Shown: positions 29,675 to 40,179 of the stretch, piece by piece | Layout: the number at the start of each line of letters is the position of its first letter | Numbering within the stretch: the stretch's first letter is position 1 | NCBI GenBank assembly: GCA_016182875.1 | Contig: JACPFQ010000001.1 | Location: forward strand, 20 to 64,019 | Direction of reading: 5' to 3' | Length of the DNA stretch: 64,000 nucleotides | Source of the DNA: Candidatus Doudnabacteria bacterium | GTDB taxonomy: Bacteria; Patescibacteriota; Doudnabacteria; UBA920; O2-02-FULL-48-8 | Position numbers and translations under genes: made by a program | The notes under the pieces: model-generated | The model's input: the letters and a program-made list of their open reading frames with translations, nothing else | Database searches by the model: none | Told to the model about the DNA's origin: nothing

Positions 29675-32641
29675 TTATACTAAAAAATGACGGAACTTAC
29701 AATCATGGGGCTTCCGCGCATCCAGTTCGTAGAATGAATCGCTTTTGCAGGTCTCAATAATCTCTTTGATCGTCTTGAGTAGATGATTTTTGACCTGCTC
29801 AATTTCGGCCTCGCTTCCGACAAACTCCTGGCTGTCCCTGAGGCTGGCCAAATACCAATACCTAAGCGACTTAACCTTCTGCTTGAACTGCTCCTGCGCA
29901 GCCCACTGGTATATCAATAGCTGGTTTTTATCCTCAGCGGTCAATTTTTCCTTAACCTGGCCGGTTTTGTAGTCAATAATCTCGATTGAGCCGTCGATAT
30001 TTTGGTCCGCGCGGTCAATTTTTCCAGTAAACTTATAATCTCCCAGTTTGAGCTTGAATTTTTGCTCAAGGAACAGGATTTTCTTCGGGTTTTCGGAGAA
30101 TCTTTTGTGAAAAATCTCGAGCATTTCCAGTCCCCGCCTGCGGCCCCTTTCCTTCTCGATTTTATCGGGGTACCAGTCATCCACCCAAACCTCCTGGTAG
30201 AACTTTTTTAGCACTTCAAAGCCTGGGACGCGAAGTCCTGCATTACTCTTGCCGAACAAATCAGCCTGCTTCTCACTGTTAAGCTGCTGATAATGCTCAA
30301 GAAACTTCTGCAAGGCTTTATGCACCGTATCGCCTAGCGATAAATATGGACTGCCGGGCAGGGGGATTTGGTAAATATAGCGAAGCTTATACTCCAGCGG
30401 GCAACTCAAAAAGCTGGAAATCTGCGAAAACGAAAAGGTTTCGGGAACCGAATATTTAGGAGCTGGCTTAAGCAGGGGCGGCTGTTTGGCAAAGAACACC
30501 TGTCCCATGGGCTTGGCAGTGGCCGGCTTGGCAGCCATGCCTAATTCCACTAAGAAGCGGGAGGGCTTCTTGTGCATTGCCCCTCCATAATCATTCCCCC
30601 AGGTCAGATAAAGGTACTGTTTGGCGCGGGTAACTGCCACGTAGAACAGCCTTCTTTCCTCCATGAGGTGGACGTCTCCTTCGGGAAGTATTTCCTTAAT
30701 CAAGCTGGCCGGCATTTCTATCTGCTCCTTTCGCTCCCTGGACGGAAACCGCTGATCGACCAGATTAACCACAAACACGCATTTGAATTCCAGTCCCTTG
30801 GCAGAATGAATGGTCATAACCCTGACTGCCTCAGGCCCCAAATCCGGGTTAAAGGCAAGCTCGCCCTGATCCCCGGCTTCCTGCTCCAGCTTGATGTGAT
30901 TTAGGAACGCCTTAAGCGATTTGTCCGTATTTTCCTGCTCAAATGTTTGGGATTTGCGGTAAAACTGCTCAAGCAGGCTTCTGTTTTCCGTATTCTGCAT
31001 GGAATCCTCAAGCAGGGACTTGGTGAGGCCAAGGTCGGTTAGAATTTTTACGATCAGCTCGGAAACCGGCGTTTCTCTGGCCAGGCTGGTATGCTTATTG
31101 ACCAGCTCAACAAGCTTGTCGATTTTTTTGTAGGATTCGGAAGAGAGCCGAACCAGGCTTCTGGCTTCCTTCAAGGCCTCGAATATTGTCAGCGCTTTTT
31201 TCCTTGCCATCTGCGACAGGCTAACCAGGTCCAAATCGCTGATGCGGAAAATATCCATGTTGAGTATGCGGAAAACATTCTCGCTTTCATGCCTATTATC
31301 CAAAATATTGAAGTATGAGAGTAAATTCAGGATAAACGGCTTTTTATACAGGCCGCGGTTGGCCACAAAGATGTAGGGGACTCCCCGCCTGTTCAATTCA
31401 AGCACAAACGGCTCGGCTGAATCATTGGCGCGGACCAGAATCGCGAAATCATTCCAATTAAGCCCTGCCTTTGAATTAAGTTCAATAATCTCATCAACAA
31501 CCCGGTTGACTTCCTCGTGAATCGACTGGCCGTGCAGCACCTCGATCGATCCTCTTTCAGCATTATGGCCGGCCAAACGCTTTACAATTTTAAGCTTATG
31601 TTCGAGCCGCTCAGGATTGTTTTGCTGGATAAAGCCGTAAGCCAGATCCAAGATAGCTTGAGTAGACCGGTAATTGTCAACCAGGGTTATTTCGTTCGTG
31701 TTTTTGTAGTCATCTTTGAATTTAAGGATGTTGGATATCGAAGCGCCGCGGAATTTATAGATTGATTGGTCGTCGTCCCCAACCACGGTCAGGTTATTCA
31801 TGGGCACTGCCAAGAGCTTAACCATTTCGTATTGGGATAGGTCAGTATCCTGGAACTCATCAACGAGGATGTATTTGAACTGCTTCTGGTAGTGACCCAA
31901 AATTTTCGGTCTGGTCCGAAAAAGCTTTATCGTGTAATTAATTAAGTCCCCGAAGTCTAAATAGGAATTATCCAAAAGCAGTTTTTGATATTTATGGTAA
32001 GCATTTGCAACTTCTGTGATTCGGCTAATCTCAAGCTCCTCTTCACTGTTCGCATCTTTTCCCTTTACCCTTTTCCCTTTACCCTTTTCCACGCGGTCTT
32101 TGTTGAGCTTCAAACCCTCAGCATAAGCTAAGTATTCCTCGGGTGTTATTCCCTCGCCTTTGGCTTTTTGAAAATGTTTTACCAGCGAATGAATGAACTT
32201 ATTCGGGTTGCCGAACGGCTTGTAATAGTCCAGGTCGAAATCATGCAAATGCTTTTTTATCAGCAGCCAGGCAGAGGTTTCATTAAGCACCCGGAAGTCG
32301 CCCGGGAGTCCGATGTCCAGCGCATGTTGGATTAGGATTTTTTGAGCGAAGGCATGAAAAGTCGAAATATTGACTTCGACGTACCCCAGCGGAAGCAGCT
32401 CGTCGACGCGCTCTTCCATCTCCGTTGCCGCCTTTTCGGTAAAGGTCAAAGCAAGAATTTCATCCGGCCTTGCCAGTTTTTGCTCAAGCAGCCAGGCGAT
32501 TCTCCTGGTAAGCACAGTGGTTTTGCCGGTTCCAGCGCCCGCAATAATCAAAAGCGGTCCCTGGCCAAAGGTCACGGACTTAACTTGCTGTTGGTTCAGA
32601 CCCTCCAGGACCTGAGATTTGGTCTTGACTGTTTGCCTCAT
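29675..32641 (-). CDS. UvrD/PcrA-type helicase fused to a C-terminal PD-(D/E)xK (RecB/Cas4-like) nuclease
   Basis: Walker A AGAGTGKTTVLT, UvrD motifs (VDEFQDT, TIHSAKGLEF), C-terminal IIDYKTG...YQWAAQE and a Cys cluster. Confidence 0.8.
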   Translation of the reverse strand: MRQTVKTKSQVLEGLNQQQVKSVTFGQGPLLIIAGAGTGKTTVLTRRIAWLLEQKLARPDEILALTFTEKAATEMEERVDELLPLGYVEVNISTFHAFAQKILIQHALDIGLPGDFRVLNETSAWLLIKKHLHDFDLDYYKPFGNPNKFIHSLVKHFQKAKGEGITPEEYLAYAEGLKLNKDRVEKGKGKRVKGKDANSEEELEISRITEVANAYHKYQKLLLDNSYLDFGDLINYTIKLFRTRPKILGHYQKQFKYILVDEFQDTDLSQYEMVKLLAVPMNNLTVVGDDDQSIYKFRGASISNILKFKDDYKNTNEITLVDNYRSTQAILDLAYGFIQQNNPERLEHKLKIVKRLAGHNAERGSIEVLHGQSIHEEVNRVVDEIIELNSKAGLNWNDFAILVRANDSAEPFVLELNRRGVPYIFVANRGLYKKPFILNLLSYFNILDNRHESENVFRILNMDIFRISDLDLVSLSQMARKKALTIFEALKEARSLVRLSSESYKKIDKLVELVNKHTSLARETPVSELIVKILTDLGLTKSLLEDSMQNTENRSLLEQFYRKSQTFEQENTDKSLKAFLNHIKLEQEAGDQGELAFNPDLGPEAVRVMTIHSAKGLEFKCVFVVNLVDQRFPSRERKEQIEMPASLIKEILPEGDVHLMEERRLFYVAVTRAKQYLYLTWGNDYGGAMHKKPSRFLVELGMAAKPATAKPMGQVFFAKQPPLLKPAPKYSVPETFSFSQISSFLSCPLEYKLRYIYQIPLPGSPYLSLGDTVHKALQKFLEHYQQLNSEKQADLFGKSNAGLRVPGFEVLKKFYQEVWVDDWYPDKIEKERGRRRGLEMLEIFHKRFSENPKKILFLEQKFKLKLGDYKFTGKIDRADQNIDGSIEIIDYKTGQVKEKLTAEDKNQLLIYQWAAQEQFKQKVKSLRYWYLASLRDSQEFVGSEAEIEQVKNHLLKTIKEIIETCKSDSFYELDARKPHDCKFRHFLV

Positions 32642-32645
32642 AAAT

Positions 32646-32722
32646 TGGCGTCCCCAGAAGGATTCGAACCTTCGGCCTCAGCCTCCGGAGGGCTACGCTC
32701 TAATCCACTGAGCTATGGGGAC
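32646..32722 (-). tRNA. tRNA-Arg (anticodon CCG)
   Basis: cloverleaf by eye: acceptor GTCCCCA/TGGGGAC, D-arm GCTC-AGTGGATT-AGAGC, anticodon loop CTCCGGA, T-arm GAAGG-TTCGAAT-CCTTC, CCA encoded. Confidence 0.8.
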
Positions 32723-32725
32723 GAG

Positions 32726-33028
32726 CTAAAAATTGCCAGTAATCGCAAACGCGGTTTTATCTTTGTTTGGTCTCGTCATAAACTGACCAGGCTCTGGCAC
32801 CAAAGATGGATCATCCCCAATATATCTATAGTGCCACGCGTTTTCCAGAAACCATTTGAAGGCATGGGCACTTACTGCTGGGATATCAATCTGAAATAAA
32901 TATTTGCCCTCGACCAGTTGAGGCTCCAAAAAAGTCCCGCCGGCTCCTTGGGCATATGCTGTCAGAGCACTCTCAAAGGCCTTTTTAGCCTCCTCCCGCC
33001 TAACTTCAACGTCTCCTTCTTCTGTCAT
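32726..33028 (-). CDS. hypothetical protein (100 aa)
   Basis: ORF track; no recognisable motif. Confidence 0.35.
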   Translation of the reverse strand: MTEEGDVEVRREEAKKAFESALTAYAQGAGGTFLEPQLVEGKYLFQIDIPAVSAHAFKWFLENAWHYRYIGDDPSLVPEPGQFMTRPNKDKTAFAITGNF

Positions 33029-33030
33029 GC

Positions 33031-33546
33031 TCAGCGGGTCCGTGGCCTATTTCTAATCGGCATCAAATACTTCTTGGTATCCGAATCTAAATCCAGGTAC
33101 TGGTCAACCAATTCTCTCATTTTGCTGGAAGTGCTTTTGCCGAATGACACCAGTTCCACCCGCACACCTTGGATCTGCAGGTATTCTAAAAGTGGAATAT
33201 AGTCACCGTCACCCGAAGCCAGCACCACCACATCCAATTTTGGCAGCAGTTTGATTATGTCCATAACAATGCCGACATCCCAGTCACCCTTTTTAGTGCC
33301 GCCGTAATACGTCTGCAAATCTTTGAGTTTCACTTCGAATCCAGCCTTCCTCAAGGCATCGAAAAATGTCTGTTCCTCGGGCATGTCCGCTCGGATTCCA
33401 TAGGCGATGGCGCGGACCAGCGGCCTTTCCCCCACCGCGTCCTTAAGAACCGAATTGAAATTAACGCGGGCATTATAAACATTGCGGGCCGTATAATATA
33501 AATTTTGAATATCCACAAACAAGCCGACTCTTTGTTCTGCTCTCAT
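33031..33546 (-). CDS. NYN-domain (LabA-like, PIN-related) protein
   Basis: VGLFVDIQNLYY...LASGDGDYIPLL signature. Confidence 0.7.
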   Translation of the reverse strand: MRAEQRVGLFVDIQNLYYTARNVYNARVNFNSVLKDAVGERPLVRAIAYGIRADMPEEQTFFDALRKAGFEVKLKDLQTYYGGTKKGDWDVGIVMDIIKLLPKLDVVVLASGDGDYIPLLEYLQIQGVRVELVSFGKSTSSKMRELVDQYLDLDSDTKKYLMPIRNRPRTR

Positions 33547-33581
33547 ATTTTTAAAATGTTATATCCATGCTTAACATTTAA

Positions 33582-34604
33582 TTATAATAACCTCTCTATT
33601 TTTGCTTCCGGTAAATTCTCGACCTTTTTTTCCACCTCAAGCTCCAGATTTGAGGCGTTCGTAATTTGAGATTTCAGCTTGGAGTAGCCATCGATTACGG
33701 TGCCCATGGTATTATTGGTGTTTTTCACGTGATTAGCAAGCGTGTCTAAAATTCTATTAAACTTATCACTTTCCTGCTTGATCCCATTGATCATGGCCAG
33801 GACTTGCTGGGCGGCCTTGCTGATTTGCTGGCCGCGCAAAGAGACCAAGAGTCCGCGCAGCGTGATATTGAGGGTATTCGGACCAACGATTATAACCTTT
33901 TTTGTGCGGCTGTAAATTTGAGTCTCTTGGTCGTTAGCGGTTTCCATATAGACTCCTTCACTGGGTATAAACATCAAAGAATAGTCAAAGGTTCCCTCCT
34001 GCGGCAATATATATTTCTTATGGATTTCATCAATCCGTTTTTTGACATCCTTGAGAAACGCTTTTTTGAGCGCGTCCGCGGACTCATCGGTTTTCGCTTC
34101 CTTATACAGCCTGTAATTTTCCATGCTGAACTTGCTGTCCACCGGAAGCAGTAAGTCCCCAATCGTTATAGCCGCGTCAACAACCTCCCCGTTTTTGAAT
34201 CGATATTGGAATTTGCAGAATTCCTTCGGAAAAACATCGGTCAAAAGATTTTCCAGTATCTCTTCTCCGAAGTTCCCGCGAAGCTTAGGCGAGGCCAAGG
34301 TTTCGGTCAGGCGTCGTATATCCGGGCCGATTTGCCCGACTGAGCCCAGCTCTTTGTTGAGTGCTGCAATGACTTTGGCGGCGTTGTCCAGGCGCTCATT
34401 GATCGCCTTGTTTGTTTCATCAATGCTTTTTTGCATTCCCTGGCGGGTTTGCTCAGTGCCCTGCTTGATTTCCTTCATCCACTCCATCATTACCTTCAAA
34501 GTCTCATTGTCTTTCTCGGGTTCTGCCTTTTTCCGGAATTGCAAATATACCAGGATCGCGAATCCGGCAATAACGACAATAAGCAGAATATTAGACTGGT
34601 TCAT
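33582..34604 (-). CDS. rmuC: DNA recombination protein RmuC
   Basis: N-terminal TM, coiled coil, C-terminal RmuC nuclease-like region FDYSLMFIPSEGVY...GPNTLNITLRGL. Confidence 0.7.
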   Translation of the reverse strand: MNQSNILLIVVIAGFAILVYLQFRKKAEPEKDNETLKVMMEWMKEIKQGTEQTRQGMQKSIDETNKAINERLDNAAKVIAALNKELGSVGQIGPDIRRLTETLASPKLRGNFGEEILENLLTDVFPKEFCKFQYRFKNGEVVDAAITIGDLLLPVDSKFSMENYRLYKEAKTDESADALKKAFLKDVKKRIDEIHKKYILPQEGTFDYSLMFIPSEGVYMETANDQETQIYSRTKKVIIVGPNTLNITLRGLLVSLRGQQISKAAQQVLAMINGIKQESDKFNRILDTLANHVKNTNNTMGTVIDGYSKLKSQITNASNLELEVEKKVENLPEAKIERLL

Positions 34605-34672
34605 AGCCTGTATTATAACATTTTTAACTGGAACCGGAGTATGCTATATTGAGCGTCTCAAGGAGGGCCCGA

Positions 34673-35332
34673 ATGGGCAAACGCGTTCGCGAAAGGCATT
34701 TTTCCGTGATTGGCATGTCCAATCACGGAAAATCGCACTGGTCCGAACTACTGGCTGCTCTGGGATATCGATGGATATCCATCGACAAGCGCATAGCCGA
34801 GCGCCTGCGTCCCGAACTCGAAACTAAAGGCCTTACCGTTGATACCGATGGGGTCGCGGCATGGATGGGCATGCCGTGGGACGAAGGGTTCGAAAGCAAC
34901 CAGGCTCGATATCTCCAGTTGGAAGAAGAGCTCACGCGCGAAGCATTGCTCACGCTGGACCCCGGTACCCCGACTGTTATCGACACGACCGGCAGCGTGG
35001 TTCACCTCAGCGGTGAGCTGCTGACCCTGCTCATCGAACTAACCGTCGTCATCTTGGTGGATTCTGATGACAATCGTGACGCTGAAGGTGTGGCGCTCTA
35101 TCTATCCAAGCCCAAGCCAGTGGCCCTCGTGAGTTTCTGGGACAGCAGCTGGAATACCCTGGGTGAGGAAGATCGAATGGCACATCTCAAGACCGCGATT
35201 GCCGGCCTGCGTAAGCTGCGTGCCAGCATTTACCGTGGCATTGCCCACGTGATCCTGCCCTACGCTCAGCACCACGAATCAGGCTGGACGGTCAGTGAGT
35301 TCATAGCTGCGATCGAATCACAGACCGCATGA
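34673..35332 (+). CDS. P-loop NTPase/kinase-like protein, G+C-rich module 5
   Basis: Walker A GMSNHGKS, Walker-B-like VVILVDSDD; AAGGAGGG Shine-Dalgarno; G+C-rich. Confidence 0.5.
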   Translation: MGKRVRERHFSVIGMSNHGKSHWSELLAALGYRWISIDKRIAERLRPELETKGLTVDTDGVAAWMGMPWDEGFESNQARYLQLEEELTREALLTLDPGTPTVIDTTGSVVHLSGELLTLLIELTVVILVDSDDNRDAEGVALYLSKPKPVALVSFWDSSWNTLGEEDRMAHLKTAIAGLRKLRASIYRGIAHVILPYAQHHESGWTVSEFIAAIESQTA

Positions 35333-35337
35333 TTGCA

Positions 35338-35378
35338 TAGCGCATCGTGAGTAGGAGCTCCGGTACGCTATTTTTTTG
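35338..35378 (+). terminator. putative terminator (short hairpin plus T7)
   Basis: tagcgcatcg...cggtacgcta followed by TTTTTTT. Confidence 0.3.
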
Positions 35379-35387
35379 CTAAAGGTC

Positions 35388-35416
35388 TTGATTTTTTAAT
35401 AGAAACTCCATATAAT
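35388..35416 (+). promoter_or_regulatory. sigma70-like promoter TTGATT-17-TATAAT upstream of the tRNA cluster
   Basis: hexamers and 17-bp spacer read directly. Confidence 0.45.
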
Positions 35417-35487
35417 TATCTAGCTGCAGGATTTCGATTCCCAGGTGACATACGGAAATCCGAGACCTGTTTTTAATTCGCTCATCG

Positions 35488-35562
35488 TCGCGGGGTAGAG
35501 AAATGGCATCTCGCAAGGCTCATAACCTTGAGATTGGCGGTTCGAGTCCGCCCCCCGCAACC
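35488..35562 (+). tRNA. tRNA with CAT anticodon (Met; C1 x A72 mismatch suggests initiator-type)
   Basis: acceptor CGCGGGG/CCCCGCA, D-arm GAGA-AATGGCA-TCTC, anticodon stem CAAGG/CCTTG with loop CTCATAA, T-arm GGCGG-TTCGAGT-CCGCC, ACCA end. Confidence 0.75.
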
Positions 35563-35845
35563 AAGAAAGAGAGTTCGCAATTGTTAGCTCGGCATAGATT
35601 GAAAACTACCGGTCGTCAAAATCTGCTGATTTTGCGACCTGCGTTCTCGCGCCGTCGCGCTGCGAAAGCTAGTTTTACAATCCATGCCTCGCACAATTGC
35701 TCACTGAGAAAATAAGGAATAATACAGAAAAATTGCCACGGCTTTTTAATTTAACCATGAGGCAATTTTTCTGAGAGGAGCAGCATGTAGACCGTAGCGC
35801 AATTTGCTTCAGCAAATTCGCGAAGTGTCTACCCGACTGCGACGA

Positions 35846-35921
35846 GGCTGGGTAGCTCAGTTGGCAGAGCGTGGGACTCATAAGCCCGAGGTCGTGGGTT
35901 CGATCCCCACCCCAGCCACCA
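35846..35921 (+). tRNA. tRNA with CAT anticodon (Met elongator or Ile2/lysidine-type; ambiguous)
   Basis: acceptor GGCTGGG/CCCAGCC, D-arm GCTC-AGTTGGCA-GAGC, anticodon loop CTCATAA, T-arm GTGGG-TTCGATC-CCCAC, ACCA. Confidence 0.75.
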
Positions 35922-36053
35922 GAGAACATTCTGAGTTACAGCAAAAATTAGGTGCGCAGGACGAAGTCCGAGCACGAATTTTTGCTAAGAGGAGCAGCAT
36001 GTAAACCGAAGCAGCCGTCATGACGGATGCGAAAGTTTACCCGACTGCGACGA

Positions 36054-36132
36054 GGGTCCGTGGTGTAGCCTGGTCTAACACGTCTCCCTGTCACGGAGAA
36101 GATCGAGGGTTCAAATCCCTTCGGACCCGCCA
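36054..36132 (+). tRNA. tRNA-Asp (anticodon GTC)
   Basis: acceptor GGGTCCG/CGGACCC, anticodon stem TCTCC/GGAGA with loop CTGTCAC, T-loop TTCAAAT, GCCA end. Confidence 0.75.
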
Positions 36133-36185
36133 CAAAGAGCATTAGCGAAAGCTAGTGTTTTTTGTTTAGGAATCTGCAGGCGAAA

Positions 36186-36225
36186 CTATACTATGAAATT
36201 GCCGTACGGCCGTTTTGTAGTATAG
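36186..36225. repeat. third copy of the GCCGTACGGC palindromic element (CTATACTA-TGAAATT-GCCGTACGGC-CGTTTTG-TAGTATAG), overlapping the cca stop codon
   Basis: near-identical to 8201-8250 in inverse orientation. Confidence 0.6.
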
Positions 36226-37588
36226 CCTTTAGGTCTTTAACGTTTTTTATTTTGCCCAAAACTATTTGAGTCTTAACTTCAGATATCTTCTGGCCGAGAG
36301 CGCGGCCGGGTTTGAGATCTGAAAGCTTCATGATCAGCTCTCCCTTGGCAAGCTTATCAATAAGCGTTTTTTTATTATTAATTTGCCTTAAAAACCGTGA
36401 GCCGATCTCGAGCACCCTTACGCTCCTTCTTCTATACCATTCATTCGCTGAGGTCATGATATTGCCCTCCAAATCAGCGCGCCACAAATCCAGGAGCAAA
36501 TTGAAATTCTCGTTAAATGCGTACATTGCCTGTTCCTCCGGGGTCATTTTCAGAAATGACCGCTTGCCGTGATGCTCGATCAGCCAGGCTACCGCTTCCT
36601 TATCGTTTCTGGAAAAGCGAAGTCTTCGCGCGAAGCCCAAAAAAATCTCCCTCGAAGCCTGTTCGTGCCCTTTAGTCGAGATGACCTGGCCCTCGTCCTT
36701 TATAGCTTCTTGGCCCACCATCGGCTTGCCGATGTCGTGAAGAAGGGCCGCATAAAAAAGGTTTATATTGCGGACCTTAACCCCGCTTAAAACCAAAAGC
36801 GCGTGCTCAAATTGCGAGCCCTCCAGGTGATAGTGTTTCGACTTATGATAAAAGTTCTTAAGCGGCTCAAATTCAGGGATTAAGAATTTCAGCAGATCCA
36901 CCTGGTCCAAAAGCCTCATTCCCTGCACTCTATTTTTGGAAAGTAAAATCTTATCCAGTTCGGATTTGACTCTTTCACTGGGGATTCCTTGGATATATTT
37001 TGCCCGGGTTTTGATGGCGGCAAAACTATTCTTTTCAAGCTTAAACCCAAACTGAGCGCTAAAACGAACGGCGCGAAGCATTCTGAGATGGTCCTCATCA
37101 ATTCTTTTTTTAGGATCACCCACGAACCGAATCAGTCTGGCCTTCATATCCCTCAAGCCCCCGACTGGGTCTAGCAGTTCTCTTTTTATAGGATTAAAAT
37201 AAAGAGCATTGATTGTAAAATCGCGGCGTTTGGCGTCCTCTCTATAATCTTTAATAAAATTAACTTTGTCAGGATGCCGCTTGTCGCTATATTTGCCCTC
37301 TGACCGAAAGGTAGTAATCTCAATGGGCACACTTTTAACGATCGTTAAAAGTGTGCCCCACTGTTTGCCCACGCGCTTAACTGGCAAATCAAGTTCTCTC
37401 AAAACCTTTTCAACTTGCTCGGGACGTGCAGAAGTGGTTACATCTAAATTGTCGGATTTGCGCCTCAGCAAAAAATCGCGAACAAAACCCCCGACAAAAA
37501 AAGTCTGGTGTCCTTCCCTATGCAAAAATCGGACAATTCTCATGCCCGATTTTTCCAGTGAGGTTCTTGGTTTCCAATTCAAATGCAT
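36191..37588 (-). CDS. cca: CCA-adding enzyme / tRNA nucleotidyltransferase with HD domain
   Basis: polymerase-beta-type NTase head GGFVRDFLL...DVT; HD motif LLHDIGKP. Confidence 0.82.
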   Translation of the reverse strand: MHLNWKPRTSLEKSGMRIVRFLHREGHQTFFVGGFVRDFLLRRKSDNLDVTTSARPEQVEKVLRELDLPVKRVGKQWGTLLTIVKSVPIEITTFRSEGKYSDKRHPDKVNFIKDYREDAKRRDFTINALYFNPIKRELLDPVGGLRDMKARLIRFVGDPKKRIDEDHLRMLRAVRFSAQFGFKLEKNSFAAIKTRAKYIQGIPSERVKSELDKILLSKNRVQGMRLLDQVDLLKFLIPEFEPLKNFYHKSKHYHLEGSQFEHALLVLSGVKVRNINLFYAALLHDIGKPMVGQEAIKDEGQVISTKGHEQASREIFLGFARRLRFSRNDKEAVAWLIEHHGKRSFLKMTPEEQAMYAFNENFNLLLDLWRADLEGNIMTSANEWYRRRSVRVLEIGSRFLRQINNKKTLIDKLAKGELIMKLSDLKPGRALGQKISEVKTQIVLGKIKNVKDLKAILQNGRTAIS

Positions 37589-37603
37589 TATTCTAGGTAA
37601 GCA

Positions 37604-37645
37604 ACTACACTTGCATACGGGACAGTATGCAAGTGTTTTTTCATA
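37604..37645 (+). terminator. strong hairpin ACACTTGCATAC-gggacag-TATGCAAGTGT plus T6
   Basis: 11-bp perfect stem followed by TTTTTT on the plus strand. Confidence 0.45.
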
Positions 37646-37654
37646 CAGCGTTAA

Positions 37655-38104
37655 TTATTCCTTGAAAGTTCCGGATTCCAGATTCCGGTGAGTTCGGGTG
37701 CGGTGCTTGCGGGCAACTTTAAGCCTAGTCAAATGCTTTTCCAATGATGCGGCGGCGTCGGCAAAAGCCTTTTGGTCCTTATAATAGCCTTCCTGCATCA
37801 GTTTTTGCGCGCGCTCCCTGGCTTTTTCCGCCCTTCCGACGTCTATTTCGTCGCTGGCTTCGGCCGTCTCAGCCAAGACGACAAGCTCATTGCCAGACTT
37901 AACTTCCACGGTCCCCGACGATACGGCAAAAACACGCTCCGCATTTCCGGCGCTGTATCTAATTTCCCCAGCCTTGAGGTTGGACACAAGCGGAACATGG
38001 CCGGTAAGGACCGTGATTTCGCCGGTTTGAGTGGGAAGCGTGACTGAGTCGACTTCTTCGTCAATCAGCACGCGCTCGGGTGTGACTAGTTTGAATTTAA
38101 ACAT
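37655..38104 (-). CDS. atpC: F0F1 ATP synthase subunit epsilon
   Basis: MFKFKLVTPERVLIDEEVDSVTLPTQTGEITVLTGHVPLVSNLKAGEI. Confidence 0.88.
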   Translation of the reverse strand: MFKFKLVTPERVLIDEEVDSVTLPTQTGEITVLTGHVPLVSNLKAGEIRYSAGNAERVFAVSSGTVEVKSGNELVVLAETAEASDEIDVGRAEKARERAQKLMQEGYYKDQKAFADAAASLEKHLTRLKVARKHRTRTHRNLESGTFKE

Positions 38105-38199
38105 AAAATTGGCATTAGTGGTTATTCGGCAGAGCTGCGCGTATCGTCTTGTGGTAGTGTTGAGCGTTAGCTTGCAGTTACTTCCCCTCCTAGGATAGG

Positions 38200-38320
38200 A
38201 GGGGAAGTAAAAGAATTGGGTTGGGCAGGGGAGGTACGGTTCAAGCTTGTACTCTACCCCACCTAACCTCCAGCCCCCGGCGGCAGGTGAGGGAGAGGGT
38301 TTCTATTCTAGGGGAGGAAT
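38200..38320. repeat. G-rich REP-like palindromes (CTTCCCCTCCTAGGATAGGAGGGGAAG; GGGGAGGTACGGTTCAAGCTTGTACTCTACCCCACCTAACCTCC; TTCTATTCTAGGGGAGGAAT)
   Basis: perfect 12-bp-arm palindrome; a 50-bp unit repeated at 41124-41172. Confidence 0.65.
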
Positions 38321-38345
38321 CCTGGCGCTTGCGGTTAAACGCAAG

Positions 38346-39746
<1,401 letters not shown>

Positions 39747-39773
39747 TTAATGGCTCAAAAGGAGGATGCCGAC

Positions 39774-39995
39774 ATGAAAGACATTTCTCGGCTTTCTGAC
39801 AGAACGCTACTGAACCGGTTCGAACGGGCGTGCGGCTGGCCCGCGTATAGGATGCCACGTGCGGAAGTGAGAAAACTGAAGCGTGAGCTTCTCCGTCGGC
39901 TCGGATCCAAGAAGAACGCGTCGGGGACCCGCAACGGAATGACGCCACTGCCGCCGGATTCATTCGACGCGGCGAATGCCGACAGCATTCGGTGA
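39774..39995 (+). CDS. hypothetical protein, G+C-rich module 6 (73 aa, Arg-rich)
   Basis: AAAGGAGG upstream of the ATG; G+C-rich; terminator follows. Confidence 0.45.
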   Translation: MKDISRLSDRTLLNRFERACGWPAYRMPRAEVRKLKRELLRRLGSKKNASGTRNGMTPLPPDSFDAANADSIR

Positions 39996-40013
39996 ACCCG
40001 ATGGGCGCTGCAC

Positions 40014-40058
40014 GTGCGAGTTGCTCACGCACTTTGTGAGCGACTCGCCTTTTTTATC
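40014..40058 (+). terminator. rho-independent terminator (GCGAGTTGCTCAC...GTGAGCGACTCGC plus CTTTTTTAT)
   Basis: 13-bp stem with one mismatch followed by a T-run. Confidence 0.55.
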
Positions 40059-40117
40059 TGCTAATGATCTTACTGCAATACGGGGAAGCATTACAGTATT
40101 CAGGGAGTACCCTTACT

Positions 40118-40173
40118 GTCATCCTGAACGCAGTGAAGGATCTCATGAGATTCTTCGCTCCGCTCAGAATGAC
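40118..40173. repeat. 56-bp composite palindrome, copy 2 (GTCATCCTGA...ATCTCATGAGAT...TCAGAATGAC), followed by a T-run
   Basis: matches 13752-13807 with reciprocal transitions. Confidence 0.6.
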
Positions 40174-40179
40174 ATTTTT

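Noticed and set aside
35503-35715. 70-aa ORF starting inside the first tRNA-CAT
   Set aside because: It overlaps a confident tRNA and a leader repeat; it is Arg/Ser-rich nonsense.
37604-37645. Using the strong hairpin at 37604-37645 as the atp operon terminator
   Set aside because: The T-run follows the hairpin only on the plus strand, while atpC is on the minus strand. It is kept as a plus-strand hairpin of unclear role.
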